Shown: positions 35,283 to 47,863 of the stretch, piece by piece
Numbering within the stretch: position 1 is the first letter of the stretch
How the letters are laid out: every line of letters starts with the position of its first letter
NCBI RefSeq assembly: GCF_024521635.1
Contig: NW_026250409.1
Span: 992,001-1,056,000 of the forward strand
Direction of reading: 5' to 3'
Source of the DNA: Tricharina praecox
Taxonomy: Eukaryota
DNA length: 64,000 nucleotides
Program-made: the position numbers and the translations under genes
The notes under the pieces: generated by a model
The model's database searches: none
What the model saw: the letters and a program-made list of their open reading frames with translations, nothing else
Told to the model about the DNA's origin: nothing

Positions 35283-36188
35283 TTAATAATAATGTCCCTC
35301 CCCTGGTCTTCCTCCACGGCCTCTGTATGGTGACTGTCCCCAATAACCTCCACCACCACCGCGATATCCCCTTCCCCGCGATCTATGATAGGGATCAAAA
35401 TTCCTCCCCTTATAGAATCCTCTCCCAGGCGGTGGTGGTGGTGGAGCCGCCCTGTCCTCCCTTGCCGGCGCACTAACAACCTTCCCCACCTCGACCGTCC
35501 TCTTCTTTTCCGGCGGCCCAGCAGCGCCCATCTCCAATCCCGCCTCCTCCTCCGCCTCCCGTTTCGGACTCGTTCCCGTCACCACGATTACCTCTTCATC
35601 CTCTCTATTGAACACTATCCCGTGCGTCATAATCAGGTACCTGGCCACCCTGCACGCTCCCACCACCTCTCCCCTAAGCAAATCCCTCCCTCTCTCCAAA
35701 TCCCGAATCTTCACCTCGACCCAATCCCCAGCGGTCTTTACCCCCTCCACCGCCCCAGAGAGCACGCATAACTCGCGCTCCACTCCCCTCATTCTCTCCA
35801 CAGCGCTCCGGCACGTCTCCACCATACCACTAATCCTCGTCTCCAGCCTAGCCAACCCCTCTTTCAGCTCCTTATCAAGCTTCGGGAAGGTACCCAGGAA
35901 CCACTCGAGACTTCCGGCACAGATGGAGGGGACGATGAACAGTGCGGCAAGGAATTGTGCGCGGCGGTGATCGAGCAGCGCGCGGGCGGCGAGGCGGAGC
36001 GCATCGGAATAGCTCTGCTTCTCGTCCGGTGATAGCGGGAGTTTTTCGGTATCTTTTGGTGAGCGGACGAGCATCTGCAGGACCGCGGGGGTGCTGTCGT
36101 TGCTGTCGTTTCTGCTGCTGCTGCTGCTGCTGCGGGACATGGCAGTGTGCGTGGTCAAGAGAAACGTTATGAGGTGGATCTTATTCAT
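35283..36188 (-). CDS. Hypothetical protein with a coiled-coil-like middle and RGG-rich tail
   Basis: 301 aa ORF with a heptad-like segment and a terminal GRGFYKGR...RGRGYRGGGG...RGRGGR. May splice to the upstream ORF at 36181-36588. Confidence 0.55.
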   Translation of the reverse strand: MNKIHLITFLLTTHTAMSRSSSSSSRNDSNDSTPAVLQMLVRSPKDTEKLPLSPDEKQSYSDALRLAARALLDHRRAQFLAALFIVPSICAGSLEWFLGTFPKLDKELKEGLARLETRISGMVETCRSAVERMRGVERELCVLSGAVEGVKTAGDWVEVKIRDLERGRDLLRGEVVGACRVARYLIMTHGIVFNREDEEVIVVTGTSPKREAEEEAGLEMGAAGPPEKKRTVEVGKVVSAPAREDRAAPPPPPPGRGFYKGRNFDPYHRSRGRGYRGGGGGYWGQSPYRGRGGRPGEGHYY

Positions 36189-36954
36189 TAGCTGGGAAAG
36201 GACCAGAAGGGTGAGGGGGATGGACTATTGGTCTCTCGGCACTGGCACAATCGTGCTCCGAGACGAGTTTGCAGGTTTCTAAGAACCCCAGGGCTAAGGG
36301 TTCGGTGGAGAGGACGCATTCCACCAGTGCGAGCTTTGCGCGCCCTGGCTCCTGGAGGTATGAGGTGTATATGGGCTTGAGGGTGTCTGCGAGGGTGGCT
36401 GTGAAGCTTGGTATCGATGTGGAATTCTCCTGGGGTGTGGCTGTGGTATTGTGATGGGAGATGGAGTTTGAGGTAGAGGTAAAGGTGGTGTTGAGGCTTG
36501 CAGTGTCCCATATGTCGACCACTTGCTCGTCGTCCTCGTGGTCCTCGTTGGAGTAGCGAGAGCCATTGGTGCAGTTTGCGGCGCACATGGTGGTGAGATG
36601 GATGGGACGGGAAAATGGGATGAGGTGGTAACGCAGATGGGGTGGTGTGGGTATTTTGGTAGGAAGAATCTCTTTGTTCACCGTGCAAGAGAGAGGGAAC
36701 GGCGATTCTTTGTTCGGCCACAGGTGCTTCCTCCGAGCGGACATGATGCAAAATGCCGTCACCGCATCACATATATTCTGGGCACATCCCGGAAGCAAAA
36801 GGAGCACAGCGAATGGCTCGTTATGCCTTTGTTTCAAAGGAACTCCTCTATCACCCCAGCTCATCTCTACAGGGAAAATGAACAGTGGAAACCAGACAAA
36901 TTCCGCCATGCAAACGCCTTTGTAAAAGTATGCCAAGACATCGCCCGTATTCCA

Positions 36955-37703
36955 TCACGACGGTGATAGCGCTCTATTAAACCCACCAGGGCGATTCCTG
37001 TTGAGGACCCTTCCGTTAGCACCTACCCACTGCTGCCACTCTCCATCCAGGGGGGGGGGGCGTACATGTACTGTCTATACTCAGCGGTCTTGTTTTTCGC
37101 AATAGCGCCCACATTATTCCCCTGGACCTTCTTCTGCTTCGTAGTCCCAAACCCCTTGAACCCCATCATCGCCGCCATTTGTGCCTCCTCATCATCTGGG
37201 TCCGCGTCTACGTCCATTACTGCCGCAGGAGGTGGTGGCGTCTTTTCTTTTTCCTTCTCCTTTTCTTTCTCCTTCTCCTTCCGGGGTGGAGGTGAGCGAG
37301 TCCCACCTCGTCTGCCTCCGCGACCGCTGCCGCGCCCACGCGTGGGATAAGGCCCGCGGTCGCGGTTGCGGTAGTCGCGATTGCCGTTGCCGTTGCCGTT
37401 GCGCGCATCCGGACTCCGGCTGCGGCTCAGGGCTTTGGGTTTTTCGCGGCGGTTGGAGTGGTCGGTGGGTCTGCCTCTGTCGCCTCGGTCGCCTCGGTCG
37501 CTTCTATCGCCTCTGTCGTTTCTCTCGCCTCTGTCGGTTCTGTCGCTTCTATCGTTTCTGTCACCTCTGTCGCGGTTGTCTCTGTGGTCTCGGGGATCGC
37601 GGTCGCGGTTGTTGTAGTCGCGATCGCGGCGAGGATTGTGTTGACGGGAGTCTCGGTCGCGAGGACCCGAGTGGCGGGAATCGCGGTCGCGGTCGTGGTT
37701 CAT
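36955..37703 (-). CDS. SNRNP27: U4/U6.U5 tri-snRNP 27 kDa protein, 1 intron
   Basis: RD/RS-rich N-terminus; AMMGFKGFGTTKQKKV...YRQYM|NRPGGFNRALSP. Confidence 0.9.
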
Positions 37704-38042
37704 TGTGTTGTGGTGTGGACGGATTTCGCGGTGAAAGACAGGTTGGGGGAAACGTGAAGTGATGATGCAAGCTTGGATGCAGTGCATTTGAGCAGGGATA
37801 TACTATGATCTACTTACTCTTGTGTGGCGTCTGGTTGTGGCACAGTAATTCACCTCAGCCACAGCGGGCACACAAGCACAGCAGCTTTTAACAATGCAAT
37901 CTAGCAGCCAATACAGTCTTTGCTGCGAACCCCGGCGATGCGACAGAACATGACAATCCAGAAGTATAAAGCACAGACAAACAGATCATTGCGCGCAATT
38001 GTATGTAATTTTATACGCAGCCCTTCACTTTCCTCCTTCCGC

Positions 38043-38529
38043 TTAATCCTCCATCTTAACATCCTCCTTCGGTGCGGCCGAGATCCAAAGGACGTTATTA
38101 CACCTTTTACACCATCAGTATCAGCTGGGAGAGAGCGTGGGAAGGCACTGACCGAATCAACACCTGTCCCAAGTGACCGGTGCTCTTGCCGTCCATGTAC
38201 TCCTCGGTGCTGGATAGCTGCAGGTTCATGTAGCTGTCCACGCTGACGAGGGTTCCGCGGTACTCGGTCTGTCCCCACTTTAGGCGGACGAGGATTGGCT
38301 TGTCGATTCTGTTCGCGGCCCGTCAGTACAGGGCGCAGCGGGGAGCCGTTTCCTCGCCGGAAGCTTCGCAGCGAAGTGAATTGCGCCGGCGCGGGGGAAG
38401 GACGGCGGAGGGGAACGGGACGAACAGGGACTGGAGCATCGGACGAGGATTTAATGGAGCCTGTATTGCGTCAATTTCATTCAGTTCCCTGACGAGAGGA
38501 GCAGGATAGCGGGGGTGACTGACAGACAT
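38043..38529 (-). CDS. SMX3: Small nuclear ribonucleoprotein F, 3 introns
   Basis: Spliced [14 protein letters not shown]...[31 protein letters not shown]...[14 protein letters not shown]. Confidence 0.92.
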
Positions 38530-38879
38530 GGTTGCGCTTATGCCGTGGGCGCAGTGGTGAGGACTTGCGGTGTGTGTATCTTTGGGTGTTGGGGGGTGAA
38601 GAAGATAGATGGAGTTCGCGTGTTTCTTCTGTGGTTGGTAGTAGGTTGTCGCGTTGGCGTCTGTGAAGTTAAGGTGAGGCTCTCTTGGTCGCAAGGCTGC
38701 CAAGCGACCGGTCCCAATGGCGTAAGACCCCTGAACCCAAGAAGGCTCTCGAGAGCTAAAGCCACTGTGGTAACAACGGGAAATCTGTAGCAAGCTCCAA
38801 ACAACAGCTTGCAACCGAAACCTGCAACACGCCAACTCCACGATTGTCGACTCCACGATTGTCGGAACACTCACGCATC

Positions 38880-41811
38880 ATGGTGGCCCCCACCAAATCT
38901 CCAATCCTACGCTCCATCACAAGCATATTTGCGATTCTCATCACCGTCGCTTCGGCCTCATCGGATTCGGACTCGACCCTTCTAAGCGAAATCTCCCATG
39001 CTTCGAACCAGAGCTTATTATGGGGTCCATACCGGCCCAACCTATACTTCGGCGTCAAGCCCAGACTGCCGGACAGCTTTATTAGCGGATTGATGTGGTC
39101 CGGTGTCAACGACTACACGACGTTCCAGAACAGTGAGTGGTGATGCGCGAATGGGAAGCCAGCGGGAGTGTGCTGAGTGGGGGCTGATGATGACATCGTA
39201 GCTCTGCGGCACCAATGTGAGCAGGGTGATAATATGGCGGGCTACGGGTGGGAGGAGTATGATGTCCGTACCGGTGGAAAGCAGGTGATGCACGATACAG
39301 TGAACACAATTGATCTCTCTACCGAGTTTGTCAAGGTTGAGGGTGGAGAACATGGTGAGAATGGCTCCTGGCTTGTATGGGATAAACTATAGGAGACTTA
39401 TTCGCGGAGAATAGGCGGCAATTGGGGTGTCAGGATCAAAGGAACCCTTAGGGACGATGGTAACACTTCCTCCACTGCTTATCCTCGGCCCTGGACGAAA
39501 CGACGACGCTAAATCATATGTTTCCATGGCCTCAGCTAAGAAGGATACCAAAACGACTGTCATGTTCTACGTTGCCAACGAAGGCACGAAGGGGAGCATC
39601 GAGCTTGCAAATGAACCGGATATGAAAGGACTTACAGGTACTGTAGTGCTGGCAGGTAGCCTTCCGGTGCTGGGAGACTTCAAACTTGAGGTTACCAGAG
39701 GACCTCAGACCAACCAAGCTCCAGTGATGGGCAATGCTAAGGCTTGGGCTGAGCGGCCTCTCTCGAGAACCATGTATGCCTCTATGCAACTTCTGCCGAA
39801 TCTCGCATGGAAGGTCAAAGGTATTGCGTGTCTGAAATTCTGGTGCAGAAAGGACCGTCACTGATAGGACTCCAGAGGCTCTATTCGCCAACCTGCAGAA
39901 AAATTTCTCGGAGCTGCAGGCTAAATACGGCACTGAGGCACACCCACCTCCATGGCAGACGTTCGTGATCAAGCAAAATTTCGAGCCCGGAAATGTGCAC
40001 ATGATCCAGAAGGTCTTTGAAGGCTCGTTCGAGTTCGATGTACTGTACTCGTCAGCTTTCACACCCGAGCCGATGACGGCCGAAATCTTGACCAAGAAGA
40101 TTGAGGAGAATCATGAGACCTTCCGTGAACGGTTCGGCAAAGTCTTCAAGCGACAGGCGCCCTTCGACTCCGCAAAGTACTCAGAATTTGCAGAGAATAT
40201 CTTCTCCAACCTTCTTGGTGGCATCGGATACTTCCACGGTACCTCTATGGTTGACCGTAGTTATGCTGATGAGTACCTTGAGGAAGACGAGGGGTTCTGG
40301 GAGGAAGCGAAGGCTGCACGAGAGAAACCTGGTGTAGTGAAAGAGGAAGGACCAACGGAGCTGTTCACCAGCATCCCCTCTCGCCCCTTCTTTCCCCGGG
40401 GCTTTTATTGGGACGAAGGATTCCATCTGCTGCCCATTTCCGAGTGGGATATGGATCTGACCCTCTCCATCGTCAAAAGCTGGTTCGCACTCGTCGACGA
40501 GGATGGATGGATTGGCCGGGAGCAGATTCTGGGCGATGAAGCGCGCAGCAAGGTACCGGAAAAGTTCCAGACGCAGTACCCACACTATGCAAACCCTCCC
40601 ACGCTCTTCTTCATTCTCACCAAGTTCATCGACACTTTCGAGAAGGTTCAAGCTGCCGGTGGTGCCGCACCAGGAGCCGTCGGTATCTCTTCGGAAGACC
40701 TGCCAAACGCCCACCTCGAGCATCGCGAAGCAGCCCTCCAGTACCTCCGTGAGATCTACCCCCAGCTCCGCAGCCACTATAACTGGTTCCGCACCACCCA
40801 GGCCGGTGAGATCCGCGCTTTTGACCGCGAAGCATTCTCGTCGAAGGAGGCTTACCGCTGGCGTGGCCGCGACACCGAGCACTGTCTTACGTCCGGCCTT
40901 GACGATTATCCCCGTCCCAATCCGCCACACACCGGCGAGCTCCACGTTGACCTCCTTTCCTGGGTCGGCATGATGTCGCGGTGCATCAAGCGCATTGCCG
41001 TCACCATCGGCGAAACCGAGGACGCCGCCATCTTCGAGAAAGCTGAGATCGCAGTCATCCGGAACTTGGACGATCTGCACTGGAGCGAGAAGGAGCAGGC
41101 GTACTGCGATGCCACTATCGACGACTACGAGGAGAGCGTACACGTGTGCCACAAGGGCTACGTCAGCCTCTTCCCCGTGCTCCTTGGCCTCGTGGATAAG
41201 GACTCGGATAACCTGGGTAAGGTCCTGGCGCTCATGGAGGATCCCGAGGAGCTATGGTCGGACTACGGACTCCGATCTCTCAGTAAGAAGGATCCCATGT
41301 TCGGCACAGGAGAGAACTACTGGAAGGGTCCCGTCTGGGTCAATATCAATTTCCTCGCTGTGCAAAGACTTGCCGTACGTATCCCCTCCCTGCTCCATCC
41401 CTCCACACTAACAGAAAGTAGGACCTCGGATCCCAAGCCGGACCGCATCAAAAAGCGGCTGCACGGCTCTACGAGAAGCTGAGGAAGGCGGTCGTGGAAA
41501 ATGTCTACAAGAACTGGAAAGAGACAGGGTACGCTTGGGAGCAATATGACTCGATCACTGGTAAGGGACAGAGGACGGCGCACTTCTTGGGCTGGACTAG
41601 TCTTGTCGTCAACATGATGAGCATGCCGGAGACTGTGTCTGTGTCTGTTCCGGTGGCGGAAAAGGTTGTTGAGGAGGCCAAGCCTGTGGTCGAGGCTGCA
41701 GAGGAGAAGGTGGAGACTGTGGTGGAGAAAGTGGCAGAGGTGGTTAAGGAGGTGCTTGTGGACCTCGTTTCCGAACCGGACACCGAGCAAGTGTTCAAAG
41801 ACGAGCTGTAG
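38880..41811 (+). CDS. CWH41: Processing alpha-glucosidase I (GH63)
   Basis: SLLWGPYRPNLYFG; LRHQCEQ; ELFTSIPSRPFFPRGFYWDEGFH; GWIGREQILG; LTSGLDDYPR; ENYWKGPVW; HFLGWTSLV. N-terminal hydrophobic segment and C-terminal KDEL. Confidence 0.95.
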
Positions 41812-42801
41812 ACTGTAGTGTATATAGCATTTTTGGCTGCCGACCTCGGGAGCGGTAAGAGGAGTAGAAGAATAGATGGGTTGATCCTACATAAAACAAC
41901 GAGAATATATTTTACAGAGCATGCAACCCGGGTTTTCTTCACGCAGTGAGACGTCTTCAGAGGTGCTTTTATTCGGAAATTCGGCCACATTGCTGTAATC
42001 TCCTTCTCTACATGGGAGGTCCAGAGATGTGACATCGCGGGGGGTGTGTGGTAGGTATCACTTTTTCTACTTCCCCACCACCTTCAATCACTAGAAGGAC
42101 TTCACATAAGCTGCTCACCTTTTGTGGAACTTGGAAGCCACGTGCTTCCAAGTTCCTATGGATATGATGTGTACTTGTCGGATCTCCTCGTTCTTGACGG
42201 GGCATCAGCCAGGAATATCGATTGGATGTTTGTGGGGATAGGGAAGACTGCGTTATCTAAGAGAATTCTAGAGTCTTTAAGTTCCAAGACTCCCGGTGTG
42301 GACGGCGGATGCGTTTCGCTCAACACATCCCGGGACTTATTCCCAGGCTGACCCCGTCCCCAAGAATGATCTGGCCTGCCGAATGACCGTGTTAATACCG
42401 TCGGCGCAGGTTGCGGCATGGTGTATCACTCGGGAGTTACAGCTTTGGAGCAGGATGACGAATCACGAATAAGGCAAGAGTCGTGCACAGCGGCAGACGG
42501 CAGGTAGAGGTACGCCAGTGTGTACACCACGCATACCCCCCTCATACAAAATACCCGACTTTTCAAGTCCTACTCCTCTCCACCAATTTAATTTTGAAAC
42601 CGTAGAACCGTTCTACACATACTACTCTACCATTCTACGGTTCGGCGCTGAAGGACATTTTTTATCCCTCGCTTGCCCGTTAAAGCGTCCGGCACCATAT
42701 ATCGAGCTCGCGGCCAGCGGTCGGTGACAGCCGGGTAAAAACGGATATGTAACCTTCCATGATTACTAAGGTTGGATGCAATGATGATTAAACAAAAAGA
42801 A

Positions 42802-44907
42802 TCTATGAATGGGCTGGATCCGGTTACTGTCCGGACTGTTGGCAGAATGTCATGGTCGACCAAACTGGCCCAGTCCCAGACACAGATTTTCTACCGTTGA
42901 GTGAGCCCCTTCATAGATCTACGGGTGGGCTGGCCTATTACTTTTCCGCAATAGGATTAAATGCCCCTATTCGGGATTTTTGGGATTTCGGCTAATTATC
43001 GCTAAGGTTGAAAAATCTCAGTTTTCCCTACACGTCCAGATTTCCATCATCAACGAACTTACTGTCTTCCTCACCACCATGTCCACCGCCATCCAGTCCG
43101 ATCCATACGCTCCGTTTTTGGCAGAAGCTTTCCAGGAGTTCCGAATATGGATGAATCAAAACAAGGCCAAGGTGAGTTTCAAACTAGAGTCACTTCGGAC
43201 AGGCATTAGTGGTTTCTAACTGCCATCAAGTCACGGTTCACCGAGGAGAAGCGCACGGAATATTGCCACTGGATTAGGAACCCCGACCTGAAACCAGAGC
43301 CGGGTCCCGATCAGCAGAGACGGTGGAATCATAAATATGAGGCAGTGCTGCACTATCGCATCCACGACGACGACGGCAAGTTGTATCGAACTGCGACCGC
43401 CAAACGCGACCAGGGACGGGCTAACCGCAGGGTGATTTGCGACTCGGAGATTTTTGACCGGATTCGAGAGGTTCACCTTGAACTTGGACATGCGGGCGTC
43501 AACAAGGTGGCTTCGGCTGTAACCGATAGATATCATGGAATTCGGAAGAAAGAGGTGGATTGGCTGCTGAAGAGATGCCAAACATGTGTTCTGAAACGTC
43601 AAAACCGATCCCATACACCCCTCGAACCAGTTGTCTTCAACCCTCCTCTCGAGCGTATTCATACCGAACCAATTGGTATCGTCAGCCGCCCTCTTGAGCG
43701 TATTCAGGTCGAACCAACTAGTGTCGTCAACCGTCCTCTAGAGCGTATTCAGACCGAACCAATTAGTATCGTCAACCGTCCTCTTGAGCGTGTTCAGATC
43801 GATCTGGTCGATTTCCGGCATGAGCCTGACAGGCTGTACTGGTGGGTACTTTACATTGAGGACCACTTCTCGAAGTTTACCTCACTGTATCCACTGAAGA
43901 GCAAGGCGCCAAGAGATGTTGCAGGTTGCATGGCCCAATGGATTGGTATGTTTGGACATCCCGAAGATGTGCAGTGTGACAATAGCCACGAGCTCAAAGG
44001 CTACTTAATTGAACTACTAAAATCCTTCGACATTCTCATCGTCAGCGGAAGATCCCAAACACCACGAACTCAGGGCCTTATCGGGCAAGCCAACGGGACG
44101 ATGCAGTACCACGTGCGGTGCTGGCAAAGCGATATGGAAAGAGAAGGATTGGATTCGAGGAGGTGGGCTTCGGCTTTACCGCGTATCGCGTTGGCGATTA
44201 ACTGTCAAGGCCATACCAGTCTGCGGATGCGGAAGCCATATGAGGTTTTCTTTGGTCGGAACACACGGTGGGATGATGACAAGGCTCTTCCACGCCTATC
44301 AGAGTACTCTATGGCTACGCTTGGTGATATACCCGATGAAGAGTGTAGTTCAGATGGAGAGAATGACGAAATGCCTGATCAAGAGTGTAGTTCAAGTGGA
44401 GAGAATGACGGCGGAGATGGGGAAGAACCTGAGCCAGTATCTAGTGCTGAAGGCCCGGAGGAGTCAATGACACCACTGGCCCAGCAGTTTCGAAAGAGGG
44501 TGTTTCAACTGTCGGTTCCACCCGCAGTTGTGCTGGATGATGGTGCAGACTCAAGACGAGTTCTGGGGAAAAGGGGAAGGCGGGGCTAAGGTTGAGGGAG
44601 GACGTTGATGCTTGGTATGGGTACATATTTTTATTTTGAATCAAGGGCGTAATGTTGAGTGGATATTTTTCCGCACGGCCAGTTCACTTTCCCGGCGGCT
44701 TGAGTACTGGGCCAGCCCGGTCACCGAGATTCTTGGGCAGTGGTCCGGCCCAGGTTAATGATGCTTCCAAGTAGGCCAGTCCGGTCACCGAAAAATTGCG
44801 GGCAGTGGTCCGGCCCAGATGAAATATGTTTGTGAGTGGGCTAGCCCGGTCACCCAATATTGTTTACCAACAGTCCGGCCAGTTGGCTGATCCAGCCCAT
44901 TTATACA
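42802..44907 (+). mobile_element. Degenerate Ginger/TDD-like DNA transposon with imperfect TIRs
   Basis: Left end TCTATGAATGGGCTGGATCCGGTTACTGTCCGGACTGTTGG matches the reverse complement of the right end (TGTATAAATGGGCTGGATCAGCCAACTGGCCGGACTGTTGG). Encloses an integrase-type ORF. No TSD visible. Confidence 0.75.
43079..44589 (+). CDS. Retroviral-integrase-like transposase (H2C2 + rve core), 1 intron, catalytic Glu apparently lost
   Basis: VHLELGHAG...CQTC zinc motif; RVQIDLVDF; DHFSKFTSLYPL; QCDN; PRTQGLIGQAN where ER is expected. Intron 43172-43230. Confidence 0.8.
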
Positions 44908-46108
44908 CCGAGTGATCTGCAGTCTGGGCTAGAACGTTTATGTCACGTCTGTTTCTACATCTCCTTTCCACGGCAAGACTTGCAGGTGGCCCTTGGATGA
45001 CCGGTGGCCTGTCTGCAACATGACTGTCTGTTTGTGAGAGTCCGTGATAACTCAAGAGTGACGGAGAGTGACACCTGTCCGAGTGACATCGCATGCGTAA
45101 CACATTCAGTCCGTCCCCCTTCACGTTGCCAGCATGCCTGCCTGTCTGCTGTCTGTCTGGATGGCTGGCTAGCTATGATAATCTGCGCACGTTCTCCTCC
45201 CTCCATGCCTAGCCGAGCCCGCCCGCTAAAAATGCGCAGCATCCGACCCCCGCCGCCGTCAGCATTCAGCCGCTCGTATGTACTCGCACATAGTCTACAT
45301 ACACCAGGGATGGATAATTCGCACATGACACTACCTACTAGCCGGCGAGCCTTCCGCGGATCGGTGAGACGTGCGCAATGCGCAACGGTGCGGCTGGCAT
45401 CTGGTATGTAGCTGGTGCGGTGGACTCTCGAGTGTGAATGGGTCGGCGGTGTGTGTCGTACTGGGAACGGATGAGTCCGACTGTCAGGCCGGCCGGCCGG
45501 CGCCGTTGACGTGGTTACATACCTCAGTCTGTCGATTTTTGTGGATTCGGTGTCGGTGCACTGTGCGCTGAGGGTATCCGTGGTAGGTATATGTATAATT
45601 AGGGTCCTAGCAGCCGGAACTTGGAAGCCTGAAACATCATGGGCTACCCCGCTGGAGGATCGCGATGCTTACGTTAGGTACTCACATGCTAACTAAAAGC
45701 CTAGAAACCTCCGAAAAAGGGAATCATTAGGTGGTTCTCTGGATTGTGAGGAACCTGGTAATATTATTTTCCCCTCCACGGAAAAATAGGCCGGAGTTGG
45801 AAACGAAAAGTGCTGAGGGTCAAATATCCTTCAAGTTCGTATGTGTATGTGTAGTTAAAGCAAACTGAATGTGGCTGGTGAGCAATCATCTTCGCCAAGC
45901 GCAACTGCCTAACTTAGCTCCAGAGCTCAGCGCAAAGTCTCAGTAACCGAGTTGCCGCCGCCATCGGAGCGGAGGAACCCTTGACAAAAGCAGCGTACAT
46001 TTACTAAGCGGGGCATATTTAGAAGGGTGTACAAAAATGTAAATGACGTCGACCGCCCTCACAACCATCATCTCCAAACATTTACTTCACCGCCACCGAC
46101 CGTCCATC

Positions 46109-47024
46109 ATGTCCCTCTCCTCCCGCATCGTTCGCCCAACCATCCGGGCTGTCTCTGCCCGCGGCGTTAGCAACGCCGCCGTGCGCCAGAAGCACACGCT
46201 TCCTGACCTGCAGTACGACTACGCCGAGCTGGAGCCGTCCATCTCGGGCAAGATCATGGAGGTTCGTTCGTCGGTCTTTGGTTTCGATTTGCGGGAGTGG
46301 TTACGGTACGGTACGGTACTGATGGAGGTTGGAATGTAACTATGTAGCTACACCACACCAAGCACCACCAGACCTATGTCAACATGCTCAACGAGGCGGA
46401 GGAGAAGTACGCCGTTGCCGCGAAGGACAACAACGTGCAGGCGCAGATCAACCTGCAGGCGCTGCTGAAGTTCCACGGAGGGTAGGAGATTTGCCTCTCT
46501 TTTCTTCCAAGCCTCGCCTTGAATCAGTTATGTATGTACCGTCGCTGACTCCGCGAAAGAGGTCACATCAACCACACTCTCTTTTGGGAGAACCTCGCGC
46601 CGAAGAAGAACGGCGGAGGCGCCCCGCCGACTGGCGAGCTCGCTGCGGCTATCAACGAGAACTGGGGGAACTTCGACAACTTCCGCAAGACGTTCAATGC
46701 CTACCTCGCTGGCATCCAGGGTAGCGGCTGGACGTGGCTCGTCAAGGACACTGAGACTAGCAAGCTCCAGATCATCTCGCTGCCGGTTTGTAACCCCTGG
46801 TCCTACCTGGTCCGAGGGTGATGATGGGATGGGATGGTGCTGATGCGATGGTGCGCACACAGAACCAGGACCCCGTCGTCGGAAAATACAAGCCGATCGT
46901 TGGTATCGATGCGTGGGAGCACGCGTACTACCTCCAGTACGAGAACCGCAAGGCCGAGTACTTTGGCGCCGTCTGGGATGTCATCAACTGGGAGACCGCC
47001 GCCAAACGTTACGGTAGTGCGTAG
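46109..47024 (+). CDS. SOD2: Mitochondrial Mn superoxide dismutase, 3 introns
   Basis: Presequence; [54 protein letters not shown]. Confidence 0.96.
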
Positions 47025-47863
47025 GGCAATGAGAAGTCTGGGTCGTATGTACAATAAGACATGAGATATCTGTGCTGCTGGCTACCTACATTTGCATCCC
47101 CCATCCATTGCACAATTGCTCCATCCGTGATACTGCTGCTGCCCGATCGGTCGACTGTAGTTGCAATTGGCTCCTGTGGCTGTCTACTCGCACGATCACC
47201 ATTGTTGGGCTACCTACGCAATTGCCGTGTTTTCTCAACGGCTGAACGATTCAAACTCCAGCCTCGAGCCTTGAATGATAATCCGTAAAGTATGTGTATG
47301 AACGATGCGTCCAGCGTGATGGTAGGTACATAGTTTATTGGTTTGGTTTGCGCATGCGAGATGGTAACTTCCGTTTTTCCCGTTTCGCAAAGGGATTCGG
47401 GAAGGGAAATCGTCAATGGCAGCTTGAACAGCTTGGTACCGGTCATGTATGTACCGGTACATTCTTCTCTACATATCATTGACAGACATCTACATCTCAC
47501 GGACCTTCCCGTTGCTCACGTTATATCGCGTTTCCCTACAGCTCAGCTCAGCTCCCGCCCACTCCCGCCGCCCACTCCCGCCCACTCCCGCTTCGCCCCA
47601 CTCCCTTCCTCACCGCCGGCCGACCGACCATCGACCGGAGAAACTTAATAACAACAGTTGACATTACCATTCCCGGGTATGAAGGTACATAACGAAGGTA
47701 TTCCCCACAACACGGGGGGAGCAAACATGCATCGCAAACGCAAACGCATCGCAAACGTAAACGCAAAAGCAAAAAACACCGTATCCCTTCTACGCTCGTT
47801 AACGCTACTGACCATCCCTCCACCTTCATCCACAGCCCTCCGCCATCCGCCGCGATCCCATGC

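Noticed and set aside
40181..41152. Long antisense ORFs (also 3371-4405, 6084-6755, 8374-9054, 33919-34812)
   Set aside because: Shadow ORFs of GC3-rich genuine genes on the opposite strand or in another frame.
42802..44907. LTR retrotransposon
   Set aside because: No gag, protease, RT or RNaseH and no direct LTRs; the ends are inverted repeats and the ORF has an intron.
46109..47024. SOD2 as part of the stress-metabolite island
   Set aside because: It is a housekeeping gene about 13 kb from the island with unrelated core genes between; proximity alone is not evidence.
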